Below the pieces are notes generated by a model. The model was not told where the DNA came from. It made no database searches and worked only from the letters and a program-made list of their open reading frames with translations. Shown here piece after piece: positions 39,817 to 50,316 of a stretch of 64,000 bases of DNA. Position 1 is the stretch's first letter, and every line of letters starts with the position of its first letter. Position numbers and translations under genes: made by a program. The DNA is from Candidatus Latescibacterota bacterium (GTDB lineage: Bacteria; Latescibacterota; UBA2968; GCA-2709665): positions 5,472,001 through 5,536,000 of the forward strand of contig OZ244744.1 of NCBI GenBank assembly GCA_965219455.1, read 5' to 3'.

Positions 39817-40248
39817 TCAGATATCCAGGACAACGAACGCCCGCCACCGTCCGTCGACGCGTTCCACGACAAACCGGTGGAGCGTGACGGCCTTCACGTC
39901 CACAACCAGATCGTGGCGTTCCATATCCAATTCCTCACCAACCAGTTCCCCCGACACATTGAAAGTGCCATCACGTTCTCCGGCGTGGACGTTTACCGGC
40001 CGCAGCAGAAGCCGTTCGGCATCCTTGTAAAATATTACCTCCTGCAGAAAGTCGAACAGCAGCAAGTCAAGCGCTTCCGCCTCAAGTTTCACGGATCGTC
40101 GGTCTTTTAGCGCCAGAGTATTCAGGTCGGCTACCATTACGTTCAGCGTGGCCTCGGCCGCCGCGGTAAAAAGAGCCCCAGGGTCTTCACCCCAGGCTTC
40201 GAAAGCCACGTCCGCAATGGCGATATCTTCGAGAAATCGATAGGACAA
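39817..40248 (-). CDS. Archease
   Basis: YRFLEDIAIADVAFEAWG...DVKAVTLH...VVLDI. Confidence 0.92.
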   Translation of the reverse strand: MSYRFLEDIAIADVAFEAWGEDPGALFTAAAEATLNVMVADLNTLALKDRRSVKLEAEALDLLLFDFLQEVIFYKDAERLLLRPVNVHAGERDGTFNVSGELVGEELDMERHDLVVDVKAVTLHRFVVERVDGRWRAFVVLDI

Positions 40249-40277
40249 TGTCGCATCCCTTTCCGGTACAAACAGTT

Positions 40278-41165
40278 CTACACCTGACACGCTGCGAGTT
40301 CCGATAGGACGCGCACGCGCGCATCCGCCGTGCCCCTGCCAATAAAGACGAGCTCTGTACGATCAGCACGGAAGGGTTCCAGCGCCCATCTTCCACCCGC
40401 GAAATTGAATAGATACGCCCCTTCGGCGCACCGCAGGAACCCCTTCGCGCGGTAGACGGCCTTCGGCATGTTTTCCGCGAGGCGTTCGAATCCTGTACGA
40501 TCCAAAAGCCTGTCGGAAACGAAATCAAAGCTGTCGATTTCCGTCCGGCCACTGTGCTCCGTTGCCGCGCGTACGGGTCGCTGCGCTCTGACTCCAAAGC
40601 CGAAAAGAAGTCCCGTGTCGACCGCGCATTTCAAGGTTCGAACGACCGAAGCGTCGGGATTCACCCGCCTCAGTTGCGCTTCTACCGCCTCAAGGTGGCA
40701 CGGTGTGACCAGATCCACTTTGTTCAACAGCAAGATATCCGCCGCTTCGAACTGAGTGGTTGTCACGTATCCCAGATCCGGAAACCGGACCATCAGGTCC
40801 GCGTCTGCGACGACGACCACGCTGTCCAGGCGAACCCCCGGCAGATTGTCCTCCACGTCGAAAATTACCGCATCCGGCTCCGCAACGCCGGTGGTCTCAA
40901 CCACAATCAGGTCCGGCCGCACCGTTTTCACGATCTCCTTTACTGCTTCCTCGAACTCCCCCGCCAGCGAACAACAGACACACCCTCCGGCCAATTCCGT
41001 CATCCGGATATGTTTACCCTCCACCACCTTGCTGTCGATGGCGATCTCTCCAAATTCGTTCATCAGAATCGCGACACGCCGGTCGGCACGCGCCACCAGG
41101 TGGCGCAACAGCGTGGTCTTGCCACTGCCCAACGAACCCGCAATCAGAATCATCGAGATCTTCAT
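40278..41165 (-). CDS. CobW/COG0523 G3E-family GTPase (metallochaperone)
   Basis: GSLGSGKTT, NEFGE, GGCVCC, ETTGVAEP, NKVD, YRAKG and LVFIG. Confidence 0.92.
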   Translation of the reverse strand: MKISMILIAGSLGSGKTTLLRHLVARADRRVAILMNEFGEIAIDSKVVEGKHIRMTELAGGCVCCSLAGEFEEAVKEIVKTVRPDLIVVETTGVAEPDAVIFDVEDNLPGVRLDSVVVVADADLMVRFPDLGYVTTTQFEAADILLLNKVDLVTPCHLEAVEAQLRRVNPDASVVRTLKCAVDTGLLFGFGVRAQRPVRAATEHSGRTEIDSFDFVSDRLLDRTGFERLAENMPKAVYRAKGFLRCAEGAYLFNFAGGRWALEPFRADRTELVFIGRGTADARVRVLSELAACQV

Positions 41166-41263
41166 CACCCGGTGTCCCCCATTCGGCCGTCCCTCGTCGG
41201 AACGGGACCAGGCGCCCGCCTGACGTTCAGAATCAGTGGTACCAGCCAGGTTTTCCGCCAGGG

Positions 41264-42724
41264 TTACCCCTTCACGTTTCCGATGGGCGAAAACCGGGCC
41301 ACCCGTCGACTCAGACCCGCCTGCTGTGTCGCTTCGATCACTTCGTCGATATCCTTGTATGCGCCTCCGGCCTCTTCGGCAAGGCCTGCAAAGGACACGG
41401 ACCGGACGTAGATTCCGCGCGCCTCCAGTTCCCTCTGAAGCCGCTTGCCGTGAAACCGTTTGCGAGCCTTCGTGCGGCTCATCGTCCGCCCGCTGCCATG
41501 GGCCGTGGAGAAAAACGCCTGGCCTCCATCTGGCGATCCCGCCAGCAGATAGGACCCGGTTTCCATGCTGCCACCAATAATCACCGGCTGCCCGTAGGGC
41601 TTGAAGCACTCCGGGACACCGTCCATACCCGGTCCGAAAGCCCGGGTTGCCCCCTTGCGGTGAACGAGTACCGTCCGTTCACGACCATCCACCGCGTGGC
41701 GTTCCAGCTTGGCGGTGTTGTGCGCCACGTCGTAGACCTGGCGCATCTCCATATCCTCCGGGCTGCGCCCCAGTACGTCGGAGAACACCTCCCGAATGCG
41801 ATGAAGAATGACCTGTCGGTTGGCAAACGACATGTTGATCGCACACTTCATCGCGGCGAAATAGTCCTGGCCCTCCCGGGAGTGAAAGGGCGCACATGCA
41901 AGTTCGCGATCGCGAATTGAGATCCCGTACTTTTTCTGCATCACCTTCAGAAACACCCGCAGATAGTCCGTAGCCACCTGGTGCCCGAAACCCCGACTTC
42001 CGCAGTGAAACATCACGACAACCTGGTTGGGAATGGTAATGCCGAACGCCGCGGCTGCCGCCTTGTCGAATACATGGTCGGGTCTTGCCACCTGAATTTC
42101 GAGATAGTGGTTTCCCGATCCCAGCGTGCCGATCTGGTTGAAGCCCCGCTCCACCGCCTTGCGGCTGATTTTCGTCGCGTCCGCGCCCGAAATGCAGCCA
42201 TCTTCTTCGGTCCGCTCCAAATCCTCCGGCCAGCCGTAATGGTTGCGCACGCACCAGCGCGCCCCCTCCTGTACGACCGTCCGAAACTCGTCGTGGGAGA
42301 TCTTCAGAAAACCCGAGCTGCCAACGCCCGCTGGCACGCGATCAAAAAGACGATCCACGAGCGTCTTCAGATGGGGCCTGACCTCGTCGTACGTCAGATT
42401 GGTGGTAACCAGGCGCATCCCGCAGTTGACGTCGAACCCGATGCCTCCTGGCGAGATCACGCCCTGTTCGGCGTCCATTGCGGCCACGCCGCCGATGGGA
42501 AACCCGTATCCCCAGTGCCCGTCGGGCATACAGAAGGCGTAGTTGAGGATGCCGGGCAGCGTGGCCACGTTGGTCACCTGCTCGATCACGCCGTGGTCCA
42601 TTTCCGACATCAGTTTTTGTGTCGCGTAAATACGCGCCGGGACGAGCATTCCTTTTTTGTACGAAGTCGGGATCTCCCAGACGGTCGGCGATACCCGGGT
42701 TGCCTCGGGCGGCGTGGCGGGCAT
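41264..42724 (-). CDS. rtcB: RNA 3'-phosphate/5'-OH ligase RtcB (archaeal/eukaryotic-like)
   Basis: MPDGHWGYGFPIG, GFDVNCG, GSGNHYLE, HCGSRG, HNTAK, STAHGSGR and EEAGGAYK. Confidence 0.96.
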   Translation of the reverse strand: MPATPPEATRVSPTVWEIPTSYKKGMLVPARIYATQKLMSEMDHGVIEQVTNVATLPGILNYAFCMPDGHWGYGFPIGGVAAMDAEQGVISPGGIGFDVNCGMRLVTTNLTYDEVRPHLKTLVDRLFDRVPAGVGSSGFLKISHDEFRTVVQEGARWCVRNHYGWPEDLERTEEDGCISGADATKISRKAVERGFNQIGTLGSGNHYLEIQVARPDHVFDKAAAAAFGITIPNQVVVMFHCGSRGFGHQVATDYLRVFLKVMQKKYGISIRDRELACAPFHSREGQDYFAAMKCAINMSFANRQVILHRIREVFSDVLGRSPEDMEMRQVYDVAHNTAKLERHAVDGRERTVLVHRKGATRAFGPGMDGVPECFKPYGQPVIIGGSMETGSYLLAGSPDGGQAFFSTAHGSGRTMSRTKARKRFHGKRLQRELEARGIYVRSVSFAGLAEEAGGAYKDIDEVIEATQQAGLSRRVARFSPIGNVKG

Positions 42725-42733
42725 GTCGTGCTC

Positions 42734-43678
42734 CTATGAATCGTGTTCGCAACTTGCATAGTGTTTCTGCAACGGATCAAGGCCGAAATCGTTCTCCAGG
42801 TCGCGCAGTACGGAGTGGATGTGGTTCGCGTCATTCTGGGTATTGTCGTATTCCACCAGATGGGTGGGGCCGTGGATCCGGTAGTAATGCTTCTCCCCCG
42901 GCCGGATCCCGCCAGCCCACGCGAAGTGGAGCCTGTCCACCCCGGCCTTTCGAATACGCTCCAGGTGCGCTTCGGCAAGGTCCGCCCGGAGGTTCGTTGC
43001 GTATAGCTCCAAAATCCGCAGCAACGCCTCCTTCTGCGACGGCGGCATTTCAGATACGGGCAGTCCCGTGGGGTCGCCGATCCGGGCGACCTTGCTGTTT
43101 CGGGTGAGGATATCGCTCGGCGCCTCCGCCTCGATCCGGACCACGGCCTGCAGATCCTCGGGCAACGCTTTCAGAAGCCCGCGCGCCATGTCCTCTTCAT
43201 TGCGCAGGACGCGCCAACCCTTGCGGTCGCCTGAAGGTACCCGCGCCGGGTTCGCACCCCAGAAGGCCGGTGTTGACGCCACCGTCTTTTCGCCGCCTGC
43301 AGAAAACGTTATCGACAGATGGTGGCCGTCGATCCGCCAGCCCCAGGTCCCCGAAGAAAGATCGCCGAAAAGTGTCAGGAAATACCCGTCGGAGTCCCTG
43401 CGGAAACGCGACGTCGTCTGAGCCTCGATCTGGCCGAGAATGCCCTCCAGGACCATGATATCCACCGCTTTCTGATATCCGGTATCGCTGAGCGCACTTT
43501 TCAATAGGACATGCGCCGCGTCCCGTTGCGCCTGCGACATTTCCCTGAAAGGCACGCCGTTTCGTTTAACGGGTACGTAGTTCCAGTTGAAACGTTCCTC
43601 GTGTTCGAACGCGTACAGAACCCGGTTCTGCTGGTCCGTACTCAGTTCGTTCATGAAATCCCGGGCTTCACGAAGCAT
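42734..43678 (-). CDS. DUF3500 family protein
   Basis: WGWRIDGHHLS, TPAFWGANP, YYRIHGP and NHIHSVLRDLENDFG. Confidence 0.88.
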   Translation of the reverse strand: MLREARDFMNELSTDQQNRVLYAFEHEERFNWNYVPVKRNGVPFREMSQAQRDAAHVLLKSALSDTGYQKAVDIMVLEGILGQIEAQTTSRFRRDSDGYFLTLFGDLSSGTWGWRIDGHHLSITFSAGGEKTVASTPAFWGANPARVPSGDRKGWRVLRNEEDMARGLLKALPEDLQAVVRIEAEAPSDILTRNSKVARIGDPTGLPVSEMPPSQKEALLRILELYATNLRADLAEAHLERIRKAGVDRLHFAWAGGIRPGEKHYYRIHGPTHLVEYDNTQNDANHIHSVLRDLENDFGLDPLQKHYASCEHDS

Positions 43679-43736
43679 GGGTTTCCTCCCCGTCAGGGTA
43701 CAGGTGGGTATGTATGCCTTCTGCGATTGAAAAACT

Positions 43737-45803
43737 CTAGTCGGACGAATCGCGCACCGCCGCGCGGAATTCCGCGACCGTCCGCTGGTTGTTCGTCGGT
43801 TCGCCCGCTTTCAGCGCAACCAGGATCGGGGCCGGATGCGACTCCGAAGCAGCCGACGAATCCACGGCCGCACCCGTCGTCGCATCCACCGACACCTCGT
43901 AGACATCGTCGGGCTTCCAGAAATCCCGCGATGCGCGGCCTGCTGTCACGCGGGACATAAACGCCGTCCAGATCGGCACGGCGTCGCGGCCGCCGGTTAT
44001 CCCTCGTTGTTTGCCGGTCTTCCGGTCGAATCCTACCCAGACACTCGTGGCGAGATCCGGAGTGAAGCCGGTAAACCAGGCATCCGTATGGTCGTTTGTC
44101 GTGCCCGTCTTCCCCGCCGCGGGCCGGACGAATCCCCGGGATCGAACGCCTCGGCCGGTACCTCGCAGGATAACGTTCCGAAGCAATCGAATCATGACGT
44201 AGGCATCCGCAGCACTGATGACGGGAACGGGTTGCACCCGGTGCGCGTACAAAACCCGCCCCCCTGAATCTTCAATCTGCCGCACAAAAGTCGGCTCCAC
44301 GCGCACGCCGTAGTTGGCGATGGTGGCATAGACCGAGGCCATCTCCAACGGTGTAACCTCGCTTGCGCCCAGCGCGATGCTCGGATATGCGTCCAGCGGA
44401 CTCCGGACACCCAGACGTCGGCCCATTTCCACAACCCGTTCCGGGCCGACCCTATCCATAACCTGCACACTTGCCGCATTTGCGGAATTCACCAGAGCCC
44501 ACGCCGCCGTCGTCAGACCGAGATATCGGTCTCGGAAATTTCCGGGCGACCATGGCTTTCCGTTTACGGTATAGGTCCGGGGCTCATCCACAAACAATGA
44601 CACGGGCGATATCGCGCCCGCCGCCAGGGCCGCCAGATATACAACCGGCTTGAAACCCGAACCCGGCTGGCGCCGTGCGGTTGTTGCCCGATTGAAGTAG
44701 CTGATGAAAATATCGCGGCCGCCCACCAATGCGCGCACGTATCCCGTGGCCGGTTCCACGCTGACCAGAGCCGCCTGGATGTATTCCCGCCGACCCTCTC
44801 TGCCGGCGCTCTCGTACACGCCAAATCCAAGCCGTACATCCACATCTGCAAGTCCTACCGCCACAGCCTTTACTGCAGATTTCTGCATGTGGAAGTCCAA
44901 CGTCGTATAGATATTCAACGCTCCAAAACTGAGCGCCGACCGTCCCCAGCGCCGCACGACCTCATCCTTGATGATCTCGACAAAGTACGGCGTCCGATTC
45001 CGGTTACGGAGTTGCGGCGCCAGATCCGGCGGTGCGGCGAGGGCCTGTTTCAGCGCGTCCTTTTCCAGGAAACCCGCCGCGTACATGCGCCGCAGCACGT
45101 GTGCGGTACGCGCTTCGGCTTGCCGCCCGCCGTCACGGAACGGATTCAACGCGCCGGGCGAATTGGGCAGCCCGGCCAACATGGCCGCTTCCGTCAGACT
45201 CAGGTCCGAGGCGGCCTTTCCGAAAAACGTCTGCGACGCATCCTCCACGCCGTAGGCATTGGTACCGAAGAAACTCCCGTTGATATAAATCTCAAGCAAT
45301 CTGTCCTTGGCCGCTTTCCCGTACAACCTTGCGAACATCGCCTCCAGCTGCACGGCCAGCAGCACCTCCCTCGCCTTCCGCAGATAGGTCTTCTCGCGGG
45401 TCAAGAACAGATTCTTGACGATCTGCTGGGTAATCGTGCTTCCACCTCTGACTTTTCGGAAGTGCGTCAGGTTTGCCAGGAACGCACCTGCGATGCCCTT
45501 CAGGCTTACGCCCCCGTGGTGGTAGAACGACTCATCTTCGGTTGCAATGACCGCCTTGATAAACCAGGGACTCACCTGGTCCAGCCGCACCTGCCTGACC
45601 CGGCGGTTGAACGTAAAGAGTAACTCCCCGGTATCCGCGAAGATATTCACGCCCGCCTGGCTGCGCAACGCGTCGGGATCGGGCGGAATTCGGGGAAGGG
45701 ACGTCGCGAGCCAGACGAAGCCGATGCCCGTGAGGAGGAACACGTCGGCGCCCAGAAGTATTCCTGTCCGGATCCAGTAATTCCGAATCGAGGTTCGGCG
45801 CAT
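43737..45803 (-). CDS. Class A penicillin-binding protein (PBP1A family)
   Basis: ATEDESFYHHGG, GGSTITQQ, RQPGSGFK, SAN and GKTGT. Confidence 0.93.
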   Translation of the reverse strand: MRRTSIRNYWIRTGILLGADVFLLTGIGFVWLATSLPRIPPDPDALRSQAGVNIFADTGELLFTFNRRVRQVRLDQVSPWFIKAVIATEDESFYHHGGVSLKGIAGAFLANLTHFRKVRGGSTITQQIVKNLFLTREKTYLRKAREVLLAVQLEAMFARLYGKAAKDRLLEIYINGSFFGTNAYGVEDASQTFFGKAASDLSLTEAAMLAGLPNSPGALNPFRDGGRQAEARTAHVLRRMYAAGFLEKDALKQALAAPPDLAPQLRNRNRTPYFVEIIKDEVVRRWGRSALSFGALNIYTTLDFHMQKSAVKAVAVGLADVDVRLGFGVYESAGREGRREYIQAALVSVEPATGYVRALVGGRDIFISYFNRATTARRQPGSGFKPVVYLAALAAGAISPVSLFVDEPRTYTVNGKPWSPGNFRDRYLGLTTAAWALVNSANAASVQVMDRVGPERVVEMGRRLGVRSPLDAYPSIALGASEVTPLEMASVYATIANYGVRVEPTFVRQIEDSGGRVLYAHRVQPVPVISAADAYVMIRLLRNVILRGTGRGVRSRGFVRPAAGKTGTTNDHTDAWFTGFTPDLATSVWVGFDRKTGKQRGITGGRDAVPIWTAFMSRVTAGRASRDFWKPDDVYEVSVDATTGAAVDSSAASESHPAPILVALKAGEPTNNQRTVAEFRAAVRDSSD

Positions 45804-46645
45804 CAGGGATGCCCTCCCTTGTCACCGAACAGGCCCTCGATTGCCCCGGGTTCCACTTCGAATTTGACCGAGGCGCGTTCCGGATCGACATAAACCAACT
45901 CACCGTGGTAAATGCCAAGTCCGCTCTGAATCAGAATCTGGCTCACAAGTCCGGATCGGTATTCTTCCAGCAAACGTTGCCGCTCATCGGACCGGAATTG
46001 TTCAATGAAACCCCTTGTCAGCCGTTCACGCACGTCCGCTCGGATCGAATCCGCAATGGCCATGGCGTCTGCTTCGGCGCGCCATTCGGACTCACCCGCT
46101 TGGCGATACAACGCGTCGACCCGCCTCCGTATCCGGGCCCGGTAACGGACGCCGGGGAGACTTGCCATCCTCAGAAGGGAAAGCCCCTTTTTGAAAGTAC
46201 TGACACTTCCAATCAGTTCCCGCGTTTCCCGGCTCGCGTTCTCCGAGAGTTCCGTACGCCAGACTGCGATAAAGGAGGGCATACCGGTCTCCGGCACGCG
46301 ATCCAGGTCGAAGCGGGCGTCCGCCACGGCCCTGGGCAGGCCTCCCGCCACGGGCGCTTCCACCGTCCGCAACGAATCCCTCATCTCTGCCCGGGCGTCC
46401 AGATGCTTCCATATGGCGCCCGTCCTGGCGCGCCTCTCGTTGTTTCTATCAAGCGCTTCCCCCACCCATCCGGCAATCCAGTTGTTCCGATATTCCAGAT
46501 ACGCCGAGAGCACGCCTGACATGGACAGCAACAGCACCACGGCGACGGGATACGCCAGGTTCCTGAATCTCAGCGGCGACCATCGTTCTTCAATCACCCT
46601 CCGGACGCGACTGGCGCCCCGGTTGATACGATGCGGGAGACTCAT
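45803..46645 (-). CDS. Hypothetical membrane-anchored protein
   Basis: N-terminal hydrophobic segment; stop overlaps the PBP start. Confidence 0.65.
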   Translation of the reverse strand: MSLPHRINRGASRVRRVIEERWSPLRFRNLAYPVAVVLLLSMSGVLSAYLEYRNNWIAGWVGEALDRNNERRARTGAIWKHLDARAEMRDSLRTVEAPVAGGLPRAVADARFDLDRVPETGMPSFIAVWRTELSENASRETRELIGSVSTFKKGLSLLRMASLPGVRYRARIRRRVDALYRQAGESEWRAEADAMAIADSIRADVRERLTRGFIEQFRSDERQRLLEEYRSGLVSQILIQSGLGIYHGELVYVDPERASVKFEVEPGAIEGLFGDKGGHP

Positions 46646-46727
46646 GGCCTTTGCATGTCGTCAAAAAAATCCCGGAACAACGCACCTGCTGCTGTTACGG
46701 GATCGGTGGGCGGAAAATTGGAGGAAA

Positions 46728-47750
46728 TCAGGCGGCAACGCCCTCCATCTCCGGAACATATCTGCCGTAGCGTGCGGCGCTGTTGCAGCTTGCCCTGTGA
46801 TAAAAAACCTTCTGCGCCGCCGCCACGTTGGCGGCCTGTCCTTTCCAGACGGCCCGGGCCGGATCCTGCAACGCCCTTCCGTACGAATAGCTGAGTTCCC
46901 ACGGGAAGCCGCCAATGCGGTTCATTGCGTTCAGGTGCAGTGTGGAAAGCTCCGGGCTCTGTCCTCCCGAAAGAAACACCACACCCGGAACCGACGCAGG
47001 AACCGTTCGCCGCAAGCACCGCACGGTCGCTTCAGCCACCTCCTGAACGCCCGCCTGTACCGGGCAACGGGCGCCGGACAGGACCATACTGGCTTTCAGC
47101 AGCGTGCCTTCCAGGATCACTCCGTGCTCTCCCAATTCCGAATACACGCTGCGCAACACCCCCTCCGTCACCGCTTCACAGCGCTCGATGGTATGATCAC
47201 CGTCCATCAGTACTTCCGGTTCCACAATGGGCACCAGCCCCACCTCCTGGCACCCGGCGGCGTAACGGGCAAGGGCGTGCGCGTTGGCATGGATGCACGC
47301 CCGTGTCGGAATCCCGTCGCCGATTGCAATGGCGGCCCGCCACTTGGCAAACCTGGCGCCTCTCCTGTAATACGCTTCCAACCGGCCCCGGAGCCCGTCC
47401 AGACCCTCGGTTACCTGTTCACCGGGAAAGCCGGCCAGTTGCACGAGCCCCGTATCCGCCTTGATGCCGGGAATCATCCCCCGGTCGGCCAACAGCCTGG
47501 GAAACGGCACGCCGCCATTCGCGGCCGTGTTCAGCGTCTCCTCGTACAGAATAACGCCGCTGACAAAGGCCGCCAGATCCGGGGTCGTGAACAACATTTC
47601 GCGATACGCACGTCGCGCTTCTGCCGTGGGTTCCGCGGCGATGTCCGCAAAACGCTTCGTGATCGTTCCCATACTCTCGTCCGCCGCCAGGATTCCTCTT
47701 CCCGCCGGTACAAGCGCGCAAGCCGTGGTCTCAAGTTCCACTCTTGACAT
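46728..47750 (-). CDS. Fructose-bisphosphate aldolase class I
   Basis: GILAADES, FAKWRA, VPIVEPEV, FLSGGQS and SYGRALQ. Confidence 0.95.
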   Translation of the reverse strand: MSRVELETTACALVPAGRGILAADESMGTITKRFADIAAEPTAEARRAYREMLFTTPDLAAFVSGVILYEETLNTAANGGVPFPRLLADRGMIPGIKADTGLVQLAGFPGEQVTEGLDGLRGRLEAYYRRGARFAKWRAAIAIGDGIPTRACIHANAHALARYAAGCQEVGLVPIVEPEVLMDGDHTIERCEAVTEGVLRSVYSELGEHGVILEGTLLKASMVLSGARCPVQAGVQEVAEATVRCLRRTVPASVPGVVFLSGGQSPELSTLHLNAMNRIGGFPWELSYSYGRALQDPARAVWKGQAANVAAAQKVFYHRASCNSAARYGRYVPEMEGVAA

Positions 47751-47842
47751 CTATTGCAACCTCATTTCTGGTGTCTGACGAAATACCGGTTTCAAATTAT
47801 AGAATATACGTTATAATCGGCTATTGTCCAACAGATTCCGGC

Positions 47843-49204
47843 CTATCTTCGAGGGTCACCTTCAGAATCCGCTGCCCGGATCCAGACCCGCACTTCCGCT
47901 GGTGAAGGCTTTCGTGCATCGGATTTCAACTCACTGATTCGCCCATAAAGCGCTTCTGCGTCCGCGCCAGCCAGGCCGGCAACACGATCGATGCCGGCCT
48001 TCTGAAGCAGCGTCGCCGCCCCGCAGCCCATTCCTTTATGGATAGCGAGTTCGGCGTGGCTGAAGGCGCGTTCCAGCCGCATGGCATCGACACCGGCGGC
48101 CTCGGCGAGAGTTGGGACTTCCAGAGTTCTGGCGGACTGGTAGAGTCGCTCCGGCGTGCAAATACCCGCGGCGCGGAGCCGTTGTCGATCCTGCGCTTCC
48201 AACCCGGCCAGTTCGGTCATCAGAGGTCGCCTGGACTTCAGCGTCTTCTTCTGCACCATCCGAAAAGTCCAGACGCTGAATAAAATCGCCAGGGCGACCG
48301 CAATCCAGTAGCGATATCTGCGAGCGGGCCGGGACGCGCTCCCGCCCTCCCATGTCCGCCCCTCCCTCAGGGTGTGACACAACAGCCCGTAGCAGGCAAA
48401 CCCGCTGACGGCCAGAACGGGAAACCCGAGGAATCCGGGCAGGGGCATTTCAAACAGCTTCCACGCTTCCAATCCGGGTACGGTGTAAATCCACTTGCAC
48501 CTCGCCCAGTAGTTGAATCCCTCCCAGATCACACCTGCCCATGCTCCCCCGCACAAAAGGCGCAGCAGCCGCGCCGGGCGCCCACGCTCCAGATCGCGCA
48601 ACAGCGAAGGTGCGCCCAGCCGGTAATTGACCGCCTCCGGAATCCCAAGAGTGGCTCCCCAGACCATCCAGAAGGCATACGGCGGCCAGATCAGCGGCAG
48701 AATCGCGCATGACGCACCCACACACCACAAGATCGCCTCTATCTTCCCGGTCGAGCGGAGACCACGCCATCGGATTGTGTTGAACCAGCCCTGGGCTTTC
48801 AGCCAGGCGGCGTGTGCGAAACAGGCGGGCAGCACGGTTGCAAAAGCCGCGGCCGAGAATACGAACCCCCAGGTATCGGACCGCAGCCCAAAGACGTAGT
48901 ACCAGTTTTCGATGACCAGGTTGTATGCCTCGTACACATACCAGAACGGTACCGACCAGAAAAGCAATGCGACCGTCTCTCTGCGACGGTCGCGCAAAAA
49001 CGAGTGGCCCTGAGTATGAAGCATTACCCCATCCAGAACCAGCAGATATCCATACCAGGCCGGCACGTACCAGATTGTATTCCAGATGGGGACATCGGCT
49101 GCCAACCACCACACGCCGGCCCCGAATACGCCGATGCCAACGTACACCCACCAGGGCAACGCCCGCCAGGATGAGGTATTCGATTCAGATCGGGTCAAAG
49201 CCAC
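47843..49204 (-). CDS. Integral membrane protein with C-terminal DUF4332-like helical domain
   Basis: Multiple transmembrane segments, WEGFNYWA..KWIY and KLFEMP; HhH-like C-terminus. Confidence 0.75.
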   Translation of the reverse strand: MALTRSESNTSSWRALPWWVYVGIGVFGAGVWWLAADVPIWNTIWYVPAWYGYLLVLDGVMLHTQGHSFLRDRRRETVALLFWSVPFWYVYEAYNLVIENWYYVFGLRSDTWGFVFSAAAFATVLPACFAHAAWLKAQGWFNTIRWRGLRSTGKIEAILWCVGASCAILPLIWPPYAFWMVWGATLGIPEAVNYRLGAPSLLRDLERGRPARLLRLLCGGAWAGVIWEGFNYWARCKWIYTVPGLEAWKLFEMPLPGFLGFPVLAVSGFACYGLLCHTLREGRTWEGGSASRPARRYRYWIAVALAILFSVWTFRMVQKKTLKSRRPLMTELAGLEAQDRQRLRAAGICTPERLYQSARTLEVPTLAEAAGVDAMRLERAFSHAELAIHKGMGCGAATLLQKAGIDRVAGLAGADAEALYGRISELKSDARKPSPAEVRVWIRAADSEGDPRR

Positions 49205-49215
49205 GAGAGGAAGCT

Positions 49216-50175
49216 TCAGGAGGCGTCCGCGAGGTCATCTGCGGCCACACTGGCTGGATCGGGTGTTTCAAGGGTCCAGACATCGTTGTAGACGACGCTA
49301 CCCGCGATGGATCCGCTGTACCCCCCGAGTAGCCAGATCCTCTGTCGAAAGTCGAGGCAGGGGAAGGCGTGACGCACCCCCCACGGCGCGGCGCGGTGAC
49401 AGCACTGCCACGTCCGGCCGTTGCCGGAACACCATAGGTCATTCATATTGATGGACGGTTCGATGGCCCCGCCGGCAATCCATATCCTGCCGGCGTGGAC
49501 AAAGGAACAGTGGAACCGTCGGGGGCCCCATCCGCCGTCCGACGCCACCAGTTCCCAGGTTATGCCGTCCGGTGAGCACCAGACATCGTTGTAATTGACG
49601 CCACGATCGTGGTAGTTTCCCCCTCCCAGAATCCACATCCTGTTTCTGTGTTCGACGGCGGGAAACATGGCGCGAGGCGCCCAAGGGGAGCGCTGCGCAG
49701 CCAGGTCCCACCGATGCCCGTCTTCCGAGCACCAGACGTCGCCGTAGTGCGCCTTTAGCTCCCAGTTGAGACCGCCGAGAACCCAGATCCGGTTATCGTA
49801 AACCAGGCTGCCGAAGGCGCCGCGACAACCCCAAGGGGCGCGATGCGTCACGCGGTCCCAATTTCGACCGTCGCTTGAACACCAGATGTCGCCGAGCGTA
49901 TGGACGCCGTCGAATCCGCCCATCAACCATATCCGGTCACGCAGGACCACACATCCCGCAAGATTTCGGGCGGGCCACGGCGCTTTCGGCAGCATGCATT
50001 CCCACGTCAGGCCGTCGTTAGAACACCAAACGTCGTTGAGGCGCGGGAAATTTTCCGGGCCCAGCATCTGCCAACCACCGAGCAACCAGACCTGATCCCT
50101 GAAAACCGCGGCGCCCGGCGAATCTCTGGGCGGCCAGGGCGCGCATTCGGTGATTCGGTTCCAATTCGCGGCCAT
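49216..50175 (-). CDS. Kelch-like beta-propeller repeat protein
   Basis: Six repeats of APW..R...IWxxGG...NDVWCSxDG; start placed at MAANWN. Confidence 0.82.
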   Translation of the reverse strand: MAANWNRITECAPWPPRDSPGAAVFRDQVWLLGGWQMLGPENFPRLNDVWCSNDGLTWECMLPKAPWPARNLAGCVVLRDRIWLMGGFDGVHTLGDIWCSSDGRNWDRVTHRAPWGCRGAFGSLVYDNRIWVLGGLNWELKAHYGDVWCSEDGHRWDLAAQRSPWAPRAMFPAVEHRNRMWILGGGNYHDRGVNYNDVWCSPDGITWELVASDGGWGPRRFHCSFVHAGRIWIAGGAIEPSINMNDLWCSGNGRTWQCCHRAAPWGVRHAFPCLDFRQRIWLLGGYSGSIAGSVVYNDVWTLETPDPASVAADDLADAS

Positions 50176-50316
50176 CTTGCACATGTACGGCGGGCAAACC
50201 CTCAGGTCTGCCCGTCTTCCCTTTTTTGTTTTCCAACTTTGCGCTTTTCCGATATATTTGACAACTGTTGCCACTAAAGTCTTAAACCGGAAAACCCCAG
50301 GCGGTGTCGCGATCCT

